A stretch of 64,000 nt of DNA. Origin: Dimorphilus gyrociliatus (taxonomy: Eukaryota; Animalia; Annelida). Every line of letters starts with the position of its first letter. Positions within the stretch are counted from its first letter, which is position 1. Made by a program: the position numbers and the translations under genes. Below the pieces are notes generated by a model that was not told the origin of the DNA, did no database searches, and worked only from the letters and a program-made list of their open reading frames with translations. Location: positions 1,922,001-1,986,000 of the forward strand of contig CAJFCJ010000012.1 of the NCBI GenBank assembly GCA_904063045.1, given 5' to 3'. Below, piece after piece: positions 48,248 through 62,449 of the stretch.

Positions 48248-49024
48248 TCAGCAGACTACATACAGTATATATACTGTATCTTTATATATGATATACAAGT
48301 TTATATGAATTTAGTATCTATACCTCGGTTGTCGGGGAAAATGGCTCCTTAAAGAATATTTACATTTACCTTTGTTTAGTAGATTGTATTTCTAGGAATT
48401 GAATTTATTTAAAAATATACTTGCCTTCAAAATATCCATTATGGAAATGATACAACAGGAAGTTGAGTTTTTTTACAAACTGATTAATTGCTCTTTTCTT
48501 TCGCAACTCTTTTTTTATTTAGAATCGTGATGGTTCATTACTTTAAAACTTAATATTTAATGGGAAAGAGGTATTCGTTGGAAGGATGAAGGGGTAAAAG
48601 AGCTTTATAATAGGGAAAGCGAGTCAAACGAGAAAATCTTTGCTTTCTTTGAAGGTAAACTTGACGCTCAGAGTAATACGAGCTCCATTGTATTTTCCTA
48701 CGGAATAGACAAAGAAGTGTATCTTACAAGGATTTATTGTATTTTTTTGATTTTTTAAAGCGATATTATAGTTATTTATAATCGTCATTTTCTCGCTTAA
48801 CACCCAACAACAGCAGGAATTTATTATGTTTAAATACCTATCTTGTTAATTAATCTTTAGATATTTTTACGGTGTTAAAGAGCAAGAATTATTCGAATGT
48901 TGAGGCGGTTAGTATTTACAACTCTTCAAAACATCAAATAATCTAACAAAGGAAGTTTTTAATCAAATATGTATTTACATATATTGTTATATAATTATTT
49001 ACAAATAATGCATAGAATTCAATT

Positions 49025-52000
49025 CTAAACTTTTCCTGTATATCTAAAATTTCTTTCAAATTCTTCACTTAAGCTTAAGAATAGTGTCAAAGCCGCCGGC
49101 GGTAGATTGATTCTCAACAAACCCATATCTTTTCCTTCCAACAAATCCATTACGTGATATATAGCATTAGACAAAGGGCCTGTAGAACTTCCTCCCTGCA
49201 TACAATACGCTGCTATAAGTTGAACAGATACTCTTAAAAAGTTGGGTTTGGACAAGATAGCACATGCTTTTTCAAAGTTCTCTTTACAACTTTGAATTAC
49301 TTCCATATTTTCTTTCATTAGATTTTCTAAAATGCAACTTAACGTGTTGACTATCAAATATGGGGGTGCGCTGTTGCCAGAGACAGCAAGTTGTACAGAT
49401 CGGCATGCTAATGAATAAAATTCGCTAGATCTGTTGCCTTCGAGAATAACTTCAATTATTCTCAAAATTCTTGATCCTATCTCACGTTTTACCACTTGAG
49501 GCATAATAACGGTACAAGTTTTCATTACTTCAAGTTGATCTGTCGAGTTGCCCTTGCAACAAGATTCCATAAAAGTAACAACGGCAGGGGATGTTGTAGA
49601 AATCAACGATCTTTCCTTATTCAGAAAGTTCTGAAGCAAGTGCAATTGAAAGCGCCTGCTAGATTGGTTTGCAGAGATTTGAATGATATGTTGAACGACT
49701 TTTAACATGTATTCTTTGGGTAAACCACTTATTATACCAATCAAGTTTTCTGTACAAGTATCTACATCTTCGTTAACGACTGTTGAAAACATAAGAGCGT
49801 CTTAGAGAGCGTTTATACTACAAACAATAACCTACCTCTTAAATCCTTTATTATTAACTTCACCAACACTAACCAATTTTCTATTAACCAGTCTTCAGTA
49901 ATATCAAATTCATCTCTCTTCTGACTAAGACATTTTAGGTATTTTAAAGTTCCCTCAACCTTTTCAGATATCGACTTTTGAGCTAATTCCCATAGTTTTT
50001 TAGCATATTTTGACGCCTCTTTCGATTGTAGGCAAACCGCTAAAATATTCATTGAGCAATCGATACAATTAGAGCATTTCGTGCTTTTTAATACATTCTC
50101 CAATATTTTAAATGATTGAATACTGAGACTTTCATAGAATTCGGAGCATATTTTCTTCTTTTCACCTTTTAAATAGTGGCGCTTAGAAAAAGATAAAGTC
50201 TTTGATAAAAAGAGTTCGAGTGAAGTGTAATTAGCAGCCAAAACCCAATTTGATGATTGTACATTCTTCAGTTCATTTAATGAAGCTACTTGATTCTTAA
50301 AAAATTCTTTTGTTTGTTTCGAACTGAGTATATATTCGGATTTGGCCAAACTAATAATCATAACATTGGAAACTTGCTTAAGCAGTCTAGCCAAATCGAA
50401 GGAATAATCTTCTTTCAAAAATCTGCTTTGCAAATATTCCAATACTTTATTCCATTGCAAATATTTCCACAGGTCACTTGCTTCTTTAGTATCTAGTACT
50501 TTAATGAGACCTTTCAAGCAAGTATTAAGTAGGGTTGCATTATTCGATTTATCGAGAGGAAGAGCAGAGTACAGTAAATACAGCAGAGCGAATTTCAACT
50601 TTAAATCAGATTCTAATGACTCAAAAGGAAAATCTAAAAGCAAATTCATCGTTTTTGTAAGAATGTTTATAGTTGTAGATTTTGCTTTAGGATGATTGCT
50701 AATATCGACCTTTAGAAAGTTGAGAATATCTTCACTAATAGACTTTATGTTAGTGTTATTAGTTTTTAATAATTCAATCGAGTGATCATTCCATAATTTA
50801 AACGTTTTCTTGCCTTTCAATGTTTCAGTTAGATTTTTAACCACTTGTGAAAAGAGGACTGTATGTAATTCTTTATATTCAAAAGCTTTAGAGATAATCG
50901 CCAAATTTTCATTCTCTATAATTCTATTACAAAAGTTCTCCTTCATATCTTTACTCATATAAGGATATATTAGATCGAAATTCTTTTTAGTACTCTCGAA
51001 GATATCGTTATCACTCTCGCACAAGGTTAATTCGTAGATGAATTCTATAGAATTTCTAATGATTTTTTCACTATCATTATAGCTAAAATGTTTAGCTATA
51101 CGACTTTTAAGAATTGAAAAGTTAGCTAGAATACTACGTCCCTCAATTGAATTTTGACAGTGTTTCGCTACATCTTTCCATGGAGCTTTAAGAAGAGAGA
51201 ATGAAAAATTCGATTTTTCTTTCTTTATCTCTGGTTCGTAACTGACATCTAAAGTTGTTGATAGGAGAAATTGCAAATTCGTTAATGCATAGAGTAACTT
51301 TAAGCAAGGAATGAATATTTCATCTTCCTTAAGGCTATTCTCTTCGGTACCTATACTACTTTTTATTCTTTCTCTGGTTTCATCCATAATTTCTACAAGT
51401 TTAACATTTGTACCTTGTAACAGTAGTTTATCTGAAATGATAAAATATTCTACAACTGTTGAGAGTAATTTAATAGAAGATTTCGTAAAGGAATTTTTAT
51501 GATTAAGGCAAACTTTCCAGCAATCTAAACAAATGTTACTTGTTGATTCTTCCAGTTTATTTCCTAAGTATTTTAATGCCGAACTGTTGATATCTTCTAA
51601 TTCCAAAAGAGATATAAAAAATTTTGGCAACCTTCGAAGTTTCCATTGAGTTGATATAACTGAACTATAAAAGTTATTTTCGGTATCAAAAGCGTTATGG
51701 GGTTCGAAACAGGGTAAAATATCTTTTAAATTGGCTTTTGAATGGTCAAGCTCGTATAGAATATTTGCGCATTCAAACCAATTATTATTTCTCTCCAATT
51801 GTAACAATTTTATCCATATTTCTTTACATTCTGGTACAATTTCACAAGAGCTGTATGTACGTAATAAGGTTATTAGACTCTGCAAATCCTCTTTTTTCCC
51901 ATTCCCTATCTTTTTTAAGGATATATCAAAGATTATAGCTAAGAACTCCTCTTGACCTTTCCTATTGTTATACTTTTCGCAGAATTCTTTAGGCAATCTC

Positions 52001-52668
52001 TGCAGAAGCCGACTAGTATAGTTTCCTTCTACAAGACAGTCTTTAAATTTAGTAACCAAAGCTGATTTAGATTGTTGAAGAAGATTATCTTTAAATTGTA
52101 AAGTTAATATAGTGCTTGTAAGATAACTTAGAATCCTTTCATTAGGATCTTCCAGATGGAAGACTACTTTTAAAACTTGACAAACATATTCCATAATTTT
52201 AGTAACTCCTTTATGTCTTTGTGACAGACTTATGGCATTAATTACCTTTTCAATTAAATAATCGTCGGAATTTACTACTTTGCATAGTATTTTACCTATT
52301 TGGTCAAATAAACCAGCCAGACAACTACGGCTTACTGTGTCGAATAAGAGGGACAAGCATTCCAAAACTAATAGTGAAAAATTTCCATCTATATTTTCAC
52401 ATAAGCAATCCAATAATGTTGATTTAATAATTATTTTCTCGTTATTTCCTTTTACAAATAGGAATATATCTTTTAATAGTTTCCATACATTTTCACTCTC
52501 TTTTGCTCCATCCGGTGATTTTAAAGCTCTTATGAGACTTTCTAAAATCATATTTGTCTTATTTGGAACTCTTCTTTTGCACCAAACATAACGTACCAAT
52601 TTGCACCATTCAGTAAAAGGGGGTTTTGCAAAACGAACTCTTTGATTTAACCCTTGTTTTCTATTCAT
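49025..52668 (-). CDS. URB2: Unhealthy ribosome biogenesis protein 2 homologue, about 1195 aa
   Basis: Exons 52668-49836 and 49779-49025 (56-nt phase-1 intron); an alternative ATG is at 52680. The N-terminus resembles URB2 (KLVRYVW...VPNK...VWKLLKDI) and the C-terminus ends FRYTGKV, as in URB2. Confidence 0.85.
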
Positions 52669-52895
52669 TGTCGAAATCATTATTTTTACCTTACAAAGCT
52701 GGTTGAAGTATATTCTCAAGAGATTTTTTGATTAAACTTAATAAATGAAAATAGTTTAACAATTATAAATGTTAAACACTAGATTCTGTTGTCTTTTCTA
52801 AACACGTTAAAGGACTCTTCCAACTTGCACGTGTTTCAGTCGGGCTTGAATCTAATGTCAAGGTCAGTCTTTTTACAGGAGGTAAAAACCGTTTC

Positions 52896-52908
52896 CTAGC
52901 GCCACCTG
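52896..52908 (-). promoter_or_regulatory. CTCF-like motif in the URB2/POLR3A bidirectional promoter
   Basis: CTAGCGCCACCTG (reverse complement CAGGTGGCGCTAG). Confidence 0.45.
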
Positions 52909-53014
52909 TTTATTATTGAGATAAGTTGTTCGGCTTCAGGAATATTTCGCGAATCTGATGCAAAGTTCCACGTTTTGATGTTAACTTTTATATCCTGACC
53001 AAAAACCACCATAA

Positions 53015-56000
53015 ATGGTCAAGGAACAGTATAGAGAGGCCGATTTGGCCAGAGAAATGTAAGTAATTTGTATATGTTTAAGGATACAGTGAAAAATTCA
53101 CTTTTATTAAATTTAAATTTCATGTTTCGTTGAGCTCATTTTTTTCGTAACTTTGTAGAAGTCAATTGACTTTTGGGGTTCTCAGTTCGAAGGAAATAAG
53201 ACAGCAAGGACAAGTTCAAGTTGTTGCAAAAAATCTTTATACTCAAGATGGTATACATCAACCACATCCCTATGGTGTTCTCGATAGACAAATGGGTGTC
53301 TGCGGAAAGGCTGACAAATGTGCCGCTTGTCATAAAGATGTATTCGCGTGTACTGGGCATTTTGGTTATATTGATTTAGAGCTGCCTTGCTTTCACATTG
53401 GCCATTTTAGAAATGTTATTACAATTTTACAAACAATTTGTAAAACGTGCAGTCATGTACTATTACCTCCTCCCGAAAAAAAGAAATGGATAAGCGTGAT
53501 AAATCGACCAAATCTACCATATCTGCAAAAAAAGACGTTGAGAAAGAAGATAAGCGAACAAGCCAAGAAAATTTCGGTCTGTCCTTATTGTTCTGCGGTC
53601 AATGGAGTTGTTAAAAAGTGTGGACTTCTTAAAATTTCGCACGAACCTCATCGAGCCTTAGGTAAAAAGAAACTTGAATCGGTTATGGAAGAAAGAATCA
53701 TTGAATTTCAATCGGCTATCGATTCAAATGCCGAATTAAAGGGTCTTCTAAAAAATGGTCATCCATCAATAATTCTAAATCCAATGATAGTTTTGGAGTT
53801 ATTTAAGAGAATACCTCGAGAAGATATTGGTTTATTGATGATGTCTTCGGCGTCAGGAACACCTGAAGATATAATATTAACAAGAATTCCTGTACCACCT
53901 GTTTGTATAAGGCCATCTGTAGTTTCGGATGTTAAAGGTGGTACAACAGAAGATGATATAACAATGAAACTATCCGAAATTATATTCTTGAATGATGTTA
54001 TCTGTAAACATCGAGCGACAGGTGCAAAGATGCACATGATGATGGAAGATTGGGACTTTTTACAACTGCAGGTAACACAAAATATATTAACATACTAAAT
54101 ACAAATTAATATACATTCGAAGATAACTTTTCTGAATAGGTTGCACTCTTAATAAATTCTGAAACAACCGGTGTTCCACCTCATATGCAACCGAAAAAAC
54201 CTCTCAGAGGCTTGTGCCAGAGATTAAAAGGCAAACAAGGTAGATTCAGAGGAAATCTTTCTGGAAAACGAGTTGATTTTTCCAGTAGAACTGTAATATC
54301 ACCCGATCCTAATATGAGAATAAATCAAGTTGCCATTCCTATACACGTTGCAAAAATCTTAACATTTCCGGAGAGAGTAACACCGCATAATATTAAACTA
54401 ATGAAACAATTAATTAAAAATGGCTGTGATGTTCACCCAGGAGCAAACTTTGTTCAATTTCGTTCAGGTGGTAGGAAATTTTTAAAATTTGGTAACAGAA
54501 CGATGATTGCCCGTGATATACGACCTGGCGATGTCATAGAACGTCATTTGGCAGACGGAGACGTCGTCTTATTTAATAGACAGCCGTCGCTTCATAAATT
54601 GTCGATTCAGGCTTTCAGAGCAAGAGTAATGCCTCATAGAACATTCCGGTTTAATGAATGTTGTTGCACACCGTTTAACGCTGATTTTGATGGAGACGAA
54701 ATGAATATTCATCTTCCACAGACAATTGAGGCTAAAGCAGAAGCTTTAACCCTTATGGCTTCAACTAAAAATATTATTACACCTAGGAATGGAGAGCCTC
54801 TTATTGCCGCTATTCAAGATTTTATAACAGCCTCATTTCTATTAACCAAGAAAGACGAATTTTTTACCAAAGCTAAAGCTTGTCAGTTAATTTCATCAAT
54901 TCTTACGGAGGATGACTCTACAACAAAAATCGACTTACCTACTCCAGCGATAATAAAACCCGTCCAGGTTTTTACATTCATTCCCTTCTCTCTTTATTAA
55001 TAATTGAATAAAACTATTAATAAAATTTCATATTAATAATGATAAATTATTACAGATGTGGAGTGGTAAACAAATTTTCTCACTAGTCTTGAGACCTTCC
55101 AAGGCGCATGGGCAAATAAATATAAGAACAAAGGGCAAGAACTATTCAAAAGATGAAGAACTGTGCTGTAATGACTCCTACGTGGTTATTTATAATTCTC
55201 AACTGCTTGCTGGGGCCATGGACAAAACTACTTTGGGATCAAACTCGAAAAATAATGTTTTCTACGTTTTATTGCGAGATTATGGTGAAGATATGGCAGC
55301 AGCCGCCTTATCTAGATTAGCCCGTATTGCTCCAGCTTATCTCTCACACAGAGGGTTTTCAATAGGAATAGGTGACGTCACACCTGGAAAAACCCTTGTT
55401 GACGCTAAGGTTAAACTAGTCGATAAGGGATATGCTCTCTGTGAGGATTATATTAAGTCTTTGAATGAAGGCAATTTAGCTACTCAGCCTGGATGCACAT
55501 TAGAAGAGACTCTAGAATCATTAATATTAAGGGAACTTTCGCAAATTCGAGAAGAAGCGGGTAAAGCCTGTCTACGAAATTTGCATTCGTCAAATTCTCC
55601 CTTGACTATGGCTATTTGCGGCTCTAAGGGTTCTTTCATTAATATTTCTCAGATGATTGCCTGTGTCGGACAACAAGCCATCAGCGGGAAAAGACCGTAC
55701 GATGGTTTTGAACAGCGTTCTCTACCACACTTTCCACGGCTCTCCAAAAAACCAGCCGCTAAGGGATTTGTTAGAAACTCGTTTTATTCTGGTCTTACAC
55801 CAACTGAATTTTTTTTCCATACAATGGCTGGCCGTGAAGGTCTGGTCGATACAGCTGTTAAGACTGCTGAAACTGGCTATATGCAAAGAAGACTAGTAAA
55901 GTCTCTTGAAGACGTTTGTTGCCATTACGACGGAACCGTTAGAGATGCTAACAAAGCGGTTGTCCAATTTGTGTACGGGGAAGATGGACTCGATCCCACA

Positions 56001-57407
56001 CTAATGGAAGGTGATGAAAGACCCATTAATTTTGAGAGAATGCTTAGAAATGTCAGAAATAGAACTCCAAATTTGAAGGAAGACTCCTTGACTGGGGATG
56101 AAATACGTAGTAGAGTAAAAGCTTTGTTAAGCAAAGATATGTCTCGAGATTTTCAAAAAGAAGTAAATAACTTTTTTGAAACTATAGCCACTAAAGTTGA
56201 TGTAAAATACAAGAAATTTTCAATGTCAGCACCACCTACAGGCGTTCATCGTTTTATTGAACGTCTGACTGAGTCACACGTAAATGATCTCGTTGATATC
56301 TTCAGTAAAAAATATACAAATGCGGCTATGGAACCAGGAACTGCTGTTGGTGCTCTGTGTGCACAATCTATTGGAGAGCCTGGAACTCAAATGACTTTAA
56401 AAACTTTTCACTTTGCTGGTGTAGCTTCTATGAATATTACTCAAGGTGTACCCAGGATAAAGGAAATTATAAATGCCGCTAAAGCTATTTCAACGCCAAT
56501 CATTACTGCACCGTTAATAAAGCATGACGCAGACTATGCTAGATTAGTGAAAGGTAGGATTGAACAGACGAAACTCGGTGAAATTTGTGAATATTTAGAA
56601 GAAGTTTACCTTCCCGATGATGTTTTCTTACTAATCAAATTAGCTTCGAAGAGAATTAAAGTCTTGCGGCTTGAAACTGACGCTCATGGTATAGTTGATT
56701 CAATTTTGGCTGCTAAGAAATTAAAGTTAAAACCTGGTCAGATTAGAGTTTTCAACGAAAATTTCATAGCCATTTATGTAGCAGACAAGACGAATATTCA
56801 TTTCACCTTAAGAAACTTGAAAACAGCCATACCTAAAGTTGTTGTTAAAGGTCTATCTTCAGTAAGCAGAGCGGTAATTCATAAAGATGAAACTCCTACT
56901 GTAACTCATAAGCTATTCGTTGAAGGCGGAGATTTGCTCTCGGTTATGTCTACAATAGGGGTTGAGGGTAAAAATACAACATCAAATAATATTATTGACG
57001 TGGAAAAGACTTTAGGCATTGAAGCAGCCCGTGTTACAATTATGAAAGAAATAGATTCAACTATGAAAAGTCACTCAATGTCTGTTGATATGAGACATAT
57101 TCGTTTATTAGCGGATTTGATGACATGTAAAGGGCATGTTCTAGGTATAACGAGACATGGTTTAGCAAAGATGAAAGAGAGTGTCCTAATGTTAGCATCT
57201 TTTGAGAAAACGACGGATCACCTATTCGAAGCCGCTTACCATGGACAAACGGATGAAATTTGCGGCGTAAGTGAGTGTATTATCATGGGAAAGCCAATGC
57301 AAGTTGGCACAGGAATGTTTAAACTGGTACATAAAGTTGTAAAGGAAGACGTAAAGATAAAGTCTACTATATTTGATAAGCCAAATTTAGAAAAATTCAT
57401 TAATTGA
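53015..57407 (+). CDS. POLR3A: RNA polymerase III largest subunit (RPC1), 1378 aa
   Basis: Exons 53015-53058, 53159-54071, 54140-54967 and 55056-57407. It starts MVKEQYRE, contains [21 protein letters not shown] and the catalytic [10 protein letters not shown], and has no CTD heptads. Confidence 0.97.
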
Positions 57408-57677
57408 GACATTATTTCTAAACTGGAAGAAAATGTATATCTGTATGTTATTGTTTTATTTATGATATATCTATAAATTTATATATATATATAAACGAAT
57501 TATAATACAAAAAATATATCCCATATGCGGTTATTAATCAATGAATATTCATATGCTTTTTTACATAGTTAAATATACACGTTATACTGTTTTATAAACG
57601 ATTCTAACAGTATTAGACTATTAAAGAACAATAAGTGGTGATAACGTGTTACTTTCAATCGAAAGCTAAGAAGAACG

Positions 57678-59299
57678 TTATAAAATCTGACATGATTGAC
57701 TTTTATGATAATCTGATGAGGAATAACTTGGAGGAGGCATAAGAAAACCAGGTGGAGGATCTGCAACAGGGCCGTCGAAATAAACTCTTACATGTAAAAC
57801 TTTACGTTTACAGTTGTCATCGGACATGATGTGAGTATTGGAATTTTCTTCTAAAGCTATTGTTTCTACATTAATAATCTTGACATGCGAGTTATAGTTA
57901 ACAAATGGAATAACTTCTCTGTACCATAATTTATCCAATGACTCGCATATCCTCGGAGTCTCCGAACTATCTGGCCTTACTATTCCAGGAAAGAAGCACT
58001 TAAATGTTAATTTGATTGGATATATAGAGAGACTAGGTGTTTTTATCGTATAATATACTCGAAGAATACGAAGAGATGTGCTAAAATGATAGTCTGACTT
58101 ATAGCTGCCAAGCGTTTGAGGAAAATCTATAGAAAATAATATATAGAGAATTGTATTAAAAGTATAGAAGTATCCCAACTATATTCTATCCTTATCTGTT
58201 TACCTTTTAATAATTCAACACAAAGAGTTTGAATATTAGTTATATGAATGTTTGGTCTATTAAAAATCCATTTTTGTATCCTTCCCATAACACTGGTCAT
58301 ATTTTCATATTTAGGTTTCTTCTTACTTTGTTTATTGCCAATAAATTGCGGAATAAAATCTTCTGCATCTACAAATTTGGAAAATAACGACAAAGAATGA
58401 AATTAAGAGAATAAAAAGATAATTAATAGAGGAGAAGCCTAACAGAGTTTTTGATGATTGATGTTTCCCTTTATATAAAATATTCGTAGAAAAATAACGG
58501 AACTATTATTAGAGTCTTTTGAATATTCGTAAAATCTGGAACTGTTAAGAGAAAGAACAAAACATTACTATAAACAATAGGCAGGCTTTAATATGTTATT
58601 TACCAATTCAAATCGTTCATTTTATCTTTATTAATGAATTGTAATTGTATATTTATGATAGTACCAGGAAGTGAATTTTCGTTTAAATATTGATTTAATG
58701 ATTGAAGTATTCCAGTCCAGATATTATAAAATGTGTTATCATTATCTAACATTTCATAGTTTGAGTAATTAATATGAAAATTAATAAAATCAATTTCATC
58801 TAATTCATCAGAATCGTAAATAGTTTTTGAACGAATATAAACTCTATTAATAGTATTTTATTGTTTTAGACAATATTTAATGACAACTTATTCGATTTTC
58901 TTACCTTAATCTCTTTAAAAGACAGTAATGGCATTTCGGCAGATATTCTCCGTCAATATCAAGAATATTTTCTTCGCAAGGTATAAAATGGGAATTTTGA
59001 CTTTGAGTTTTATTCTTAATGTAGGGTGTACTCAATGTTTCACAATTAATAACCCTACAATTTCTATGTTTTGACAACCATAAATTAGCTTTCTCCGTTA
59101 ATTCCCTAAAAGAAATATAGTCAATAGTAAGATTCTTTTTTGTAAAAACATACTTTATTAAGTGAAAATTAAACTACAACCTGAAATTCATACATATAAT
59201 ATTATCACCACTTCTAATTAGAGGATCAATATCTATCCTATTCAGAAGTAATACTGCAGTCTTAACAGCTTTTTCGTAACTTGGTAATTCATCTTCCAT
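57678..59299 (-). CDS. Tandem family paralog A: four-repeat protein with LPxY/PPxY motifs and CaaX (CQIL), 423 aa
   Basis: Exons 59299-59181, 59105-58905, 58843-58604, 58541-58444, 58368-58204 and 58126-57678 total 1272 nt in frame. Exon phases and the 240- and 165-nt exon lengths match paralog B. Confidence 0.8.
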
Positions 59300-60725
59300 T
59301 TTCAAAATATTATTAATTCTGTATAAATAAACAGATATATTTATACTATGATTGTTAGTTGGATTGTTGTAACTTTTGGAACTGGGGCCTAACTAACATT
59401 CAAAAAAGTAGACTTGGTTTTAATATAATAGTAAAGAAAGGGAATAAAGAAACATATTTTGCTGATTGGTCAACTATTTTTTGACTCATTTAATTTCAAA
59501 CTACGCTTGTGTTTATTGTTAAGATGATGAAAAATATGAACAAAATAAGATATAGAAAGAAGAGAGAAAGGAAGAGAGAAGTATATAATAAAGTTGAAAA
59601 AACAACGAACGAAAATGAGATGAAACATTTCAATTCTTTATTTTAATTAGCTAATTGATTTTCTCTTTCATTCATTAATGTCCTTAATACTTGTATATAT
59701 GTAAATATACAGTATATACAGTAGAAGTCTTGAATATACTGCATATGATGAATTCTTTAAGAGAAATTCTCGTATATTTTTAATACGTTAATTTCCAATC
59801 CCCTATAGTGATTTAAACTATACAAAGATCTAGGTCCATTGAACTTTAACTACTTTATCCTTTTATATGAATAGACATGTCTATTTTTGTTGCTTTTTGC
59901 AGATAGCGGCTATTAGAATGCTTGTTATAGTAGTTGTACGTAAGTATGAAAAGTTTTATTATATTTTTATATATTGACAGATTCATTCAAAACTTTCAGT
60001 TTCATAGAGCGTATTTTTACTATATTGTATATAAAGGAAAAATGATGGAGGAGAGATGGAGGGGAGGGGGGCGGAGATGAAGAAACCAATTTATTCATAA
60101 GCCGATTGGCCTACTTAGTTACATAAAAGACTTTTACAAAAAAAGAAATGATCAATAACTAATTTACCTTCAGTTGTACAATTTTTTTGCAACTATTGAT
60201 AAACAGGAATAAATTAATTTAATAAGCTTTCAGTACTTTTTAGGATTTACTTATTCGACTGGAAATTCTCTTCACATTTTAGACCGTCTTCAACGATCTT
60301 GATATTTTCTTTTCAATGGACTTAAACGTTGAATAGCTATTTAAAATGTTTTCTTCAATTTAGTATAGTAGTTATTAAAATGTTAAAGTACTAATTACTT
60401 TCTTAAGTTAAACATCTAGGTTTGAAAAGAAGAATTCCTTTACGAAGACAACATTTAAGATTTATCCTCTTAATAGAATTTTTAGTATTTAACAAAGAAG
60501 AAAAACAGCTCCTTTATTTTTAGAAAGTGAACAAATAAGGCTTATATTTTATCTATATGTATAAAGAGAAAGAGAGAGAGAGAGGGAGAAAGAATACAAA
60601 ATTGCAATAATTTTTATTCTCAAGCTATAAAAACAAAGATTATGTTAGCAGAAAAAATAACAAATACTGTTTACTTTCTCTATTTTATCTTTCATTTTCT
60701 TCATAAATAAATAATAATAGAACCT

Positions 60726-62449
60726 CTATAAGACATTACAACAACCTTCCTGCTCAAAAATAGGAGGCTCAGATTTGTGTATAAAACCAGGAGGAGGTTC
60801 GCTGACTGGTGTATCAAAATATATTCGGATACATGTGAGTATTATTTCCGGTCTCCTTTTCTTACTATAAACAGAAAGTTCCGAACTATTCGATATAAAG
60901 TAAGGTACAGTTTCAGCATTAATAATTCTTGCATTGGAATTGTAATTGAGATATGGAATTATTTCCCTTTCGAATAGTTTATCTAACGTTTCGAATTCAT
61001 GCATTCTACACGTTTTTTGAACTAATAATGCCGGTGTAAACGTCCTAGCACTAATTCCACCAATAGTTGAAAAAGATAATGGACTTTCCCCAATAATATA
61101 GTATAATCTTAATGAACTGAGAGTCTTTTCTAAGCAATATTTGCTCCTTAAATCTTCAATACTTCTTAAAGTTTCTTTCTTCATAGCTAATTTAATTGAT
61201 CAAAGAACAAAAGAATATTATCTAAGCCTATAGACTGTTTATAGTGTATATTGTACAAACCTTTTTTGAAGTCGATATTTGTTGTCTGTAAATTTAAAAC
61301 TCTTGCAGTATTGTGTTGTTCAAGCCAACGTTGAGCTCTTTCAATAAGTTCTCCAGTAGAATCGTAAACAGCTACTGGACTATTCCTTCCGTAGTTATTA
61401 TGATTCGGAAGAAATTCGATAGTACCTTTAATATTAAATGATATAAAAGGAAAATGAGAAACTAGTCAAATGAACATTTTATTTAACAAATAGTAACCTA
61501 TTTGTTCATACGTAGGTGAACCTTTCATATAGAATATCCTTAGGATTATTGAATTTTCCGAATTATCAAAGGTATTTTCATGATATCTCGATCTGTAAAG
61601 AGAAATTTAAAATGAGAATTGAGAAGAGAAGAAAGGAAAGATAATAATTAATAATAATAATAGAAAATGATAAATTACTCTTCAGGATTTTCTGGAAAGT
61701 GTTTTTTACTGTAGCCAACAGTTTCCAAATTGATAATTTTACCATTGATTGAATTTTGTAATATAAAATTATTAAATTTTCTTATTGTAGATTCGATAGG
61801 ACCGTGTTTCTGTATTGAATTTTCATTCTCTGAATCATTTAAATTGGGTACAATGTTATAGTATCCGATTTGATTAGCTTCGGAAGGGTCCGTCTCTGTC
61901 TTCGATCGAAGATACAACCTTTTCGATATTATTATCTTTAATTAATATTACTCTTTTCTTTTAGCTGTTATTAATTAATTTTACCTTAGAAACTTTATCA
62001 TATTTATTGAAAATTCAGACTCTTCTAAGATAGCCGGAGTAAGAGATGTTAATTTTGAGTCTATATAAGATTTTTCAGGATCTTTTGCTGCGCATACAGT
62101 TTCGCAATTTATAACTGCAAAGTTATTATGCTCAGACAGCCAATTATTTGCTTTATCAATTAACTTCCTGAAATAGAAAATAGTGCCACTACTATATATT
62201 AATTTAAATACATTATCAACTTGGATAATGGCCAATTTTTACTTACGAAAATGGCTCGTATCTTGTATTTGAGAATATATCATTATCCCTGATACAAACT
62301 GGTAGAAAATCCATAAAAGTAACTCTTATATTAGGTATTGAGAAAGGAATTTGATGGAGTGCAATATCATTAGCGTGTGTCCGTACAACTTCGTTGTAAC
62401 TTGGAGGTGGAAAATATTCCATAGAGGAACTTCTCGGTATAGAAAACAT
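60726..62449 (-). CDS. Tandem family paralog B: four-repeat protein with N-terminal PPSY and CaaX (CCNVL), 448 aa
   Basis: Exons 62449-62247, 62167-61985, 61918-61679, 61592-61498, 61425-61261 and 61186-60726 total 1347 nt in frame. An additional 5' exon is possible because an AG immediately precedes the ATG. Confidence 0.82.

Noticed and set aside
49780-49835. Apparent stop or 35-nt micro-intron in URB2
   Set aside because: A phase-compatible acceptor at 49780 gives a normal 56-nt intron.
53166-57407. POLR3A appearing as three ORFs (possible frameshifted pseudogene or split gene)
   Set aside because: Canonical GT-AG introns (54072-54139 and 54968-55055) restore a single intact frame.
60000-60500. 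Possible fourth paralog or degenerate gene between family members A and B
   Set aside because: All frames are interrupted and no repeat-domain motif was recognisable.
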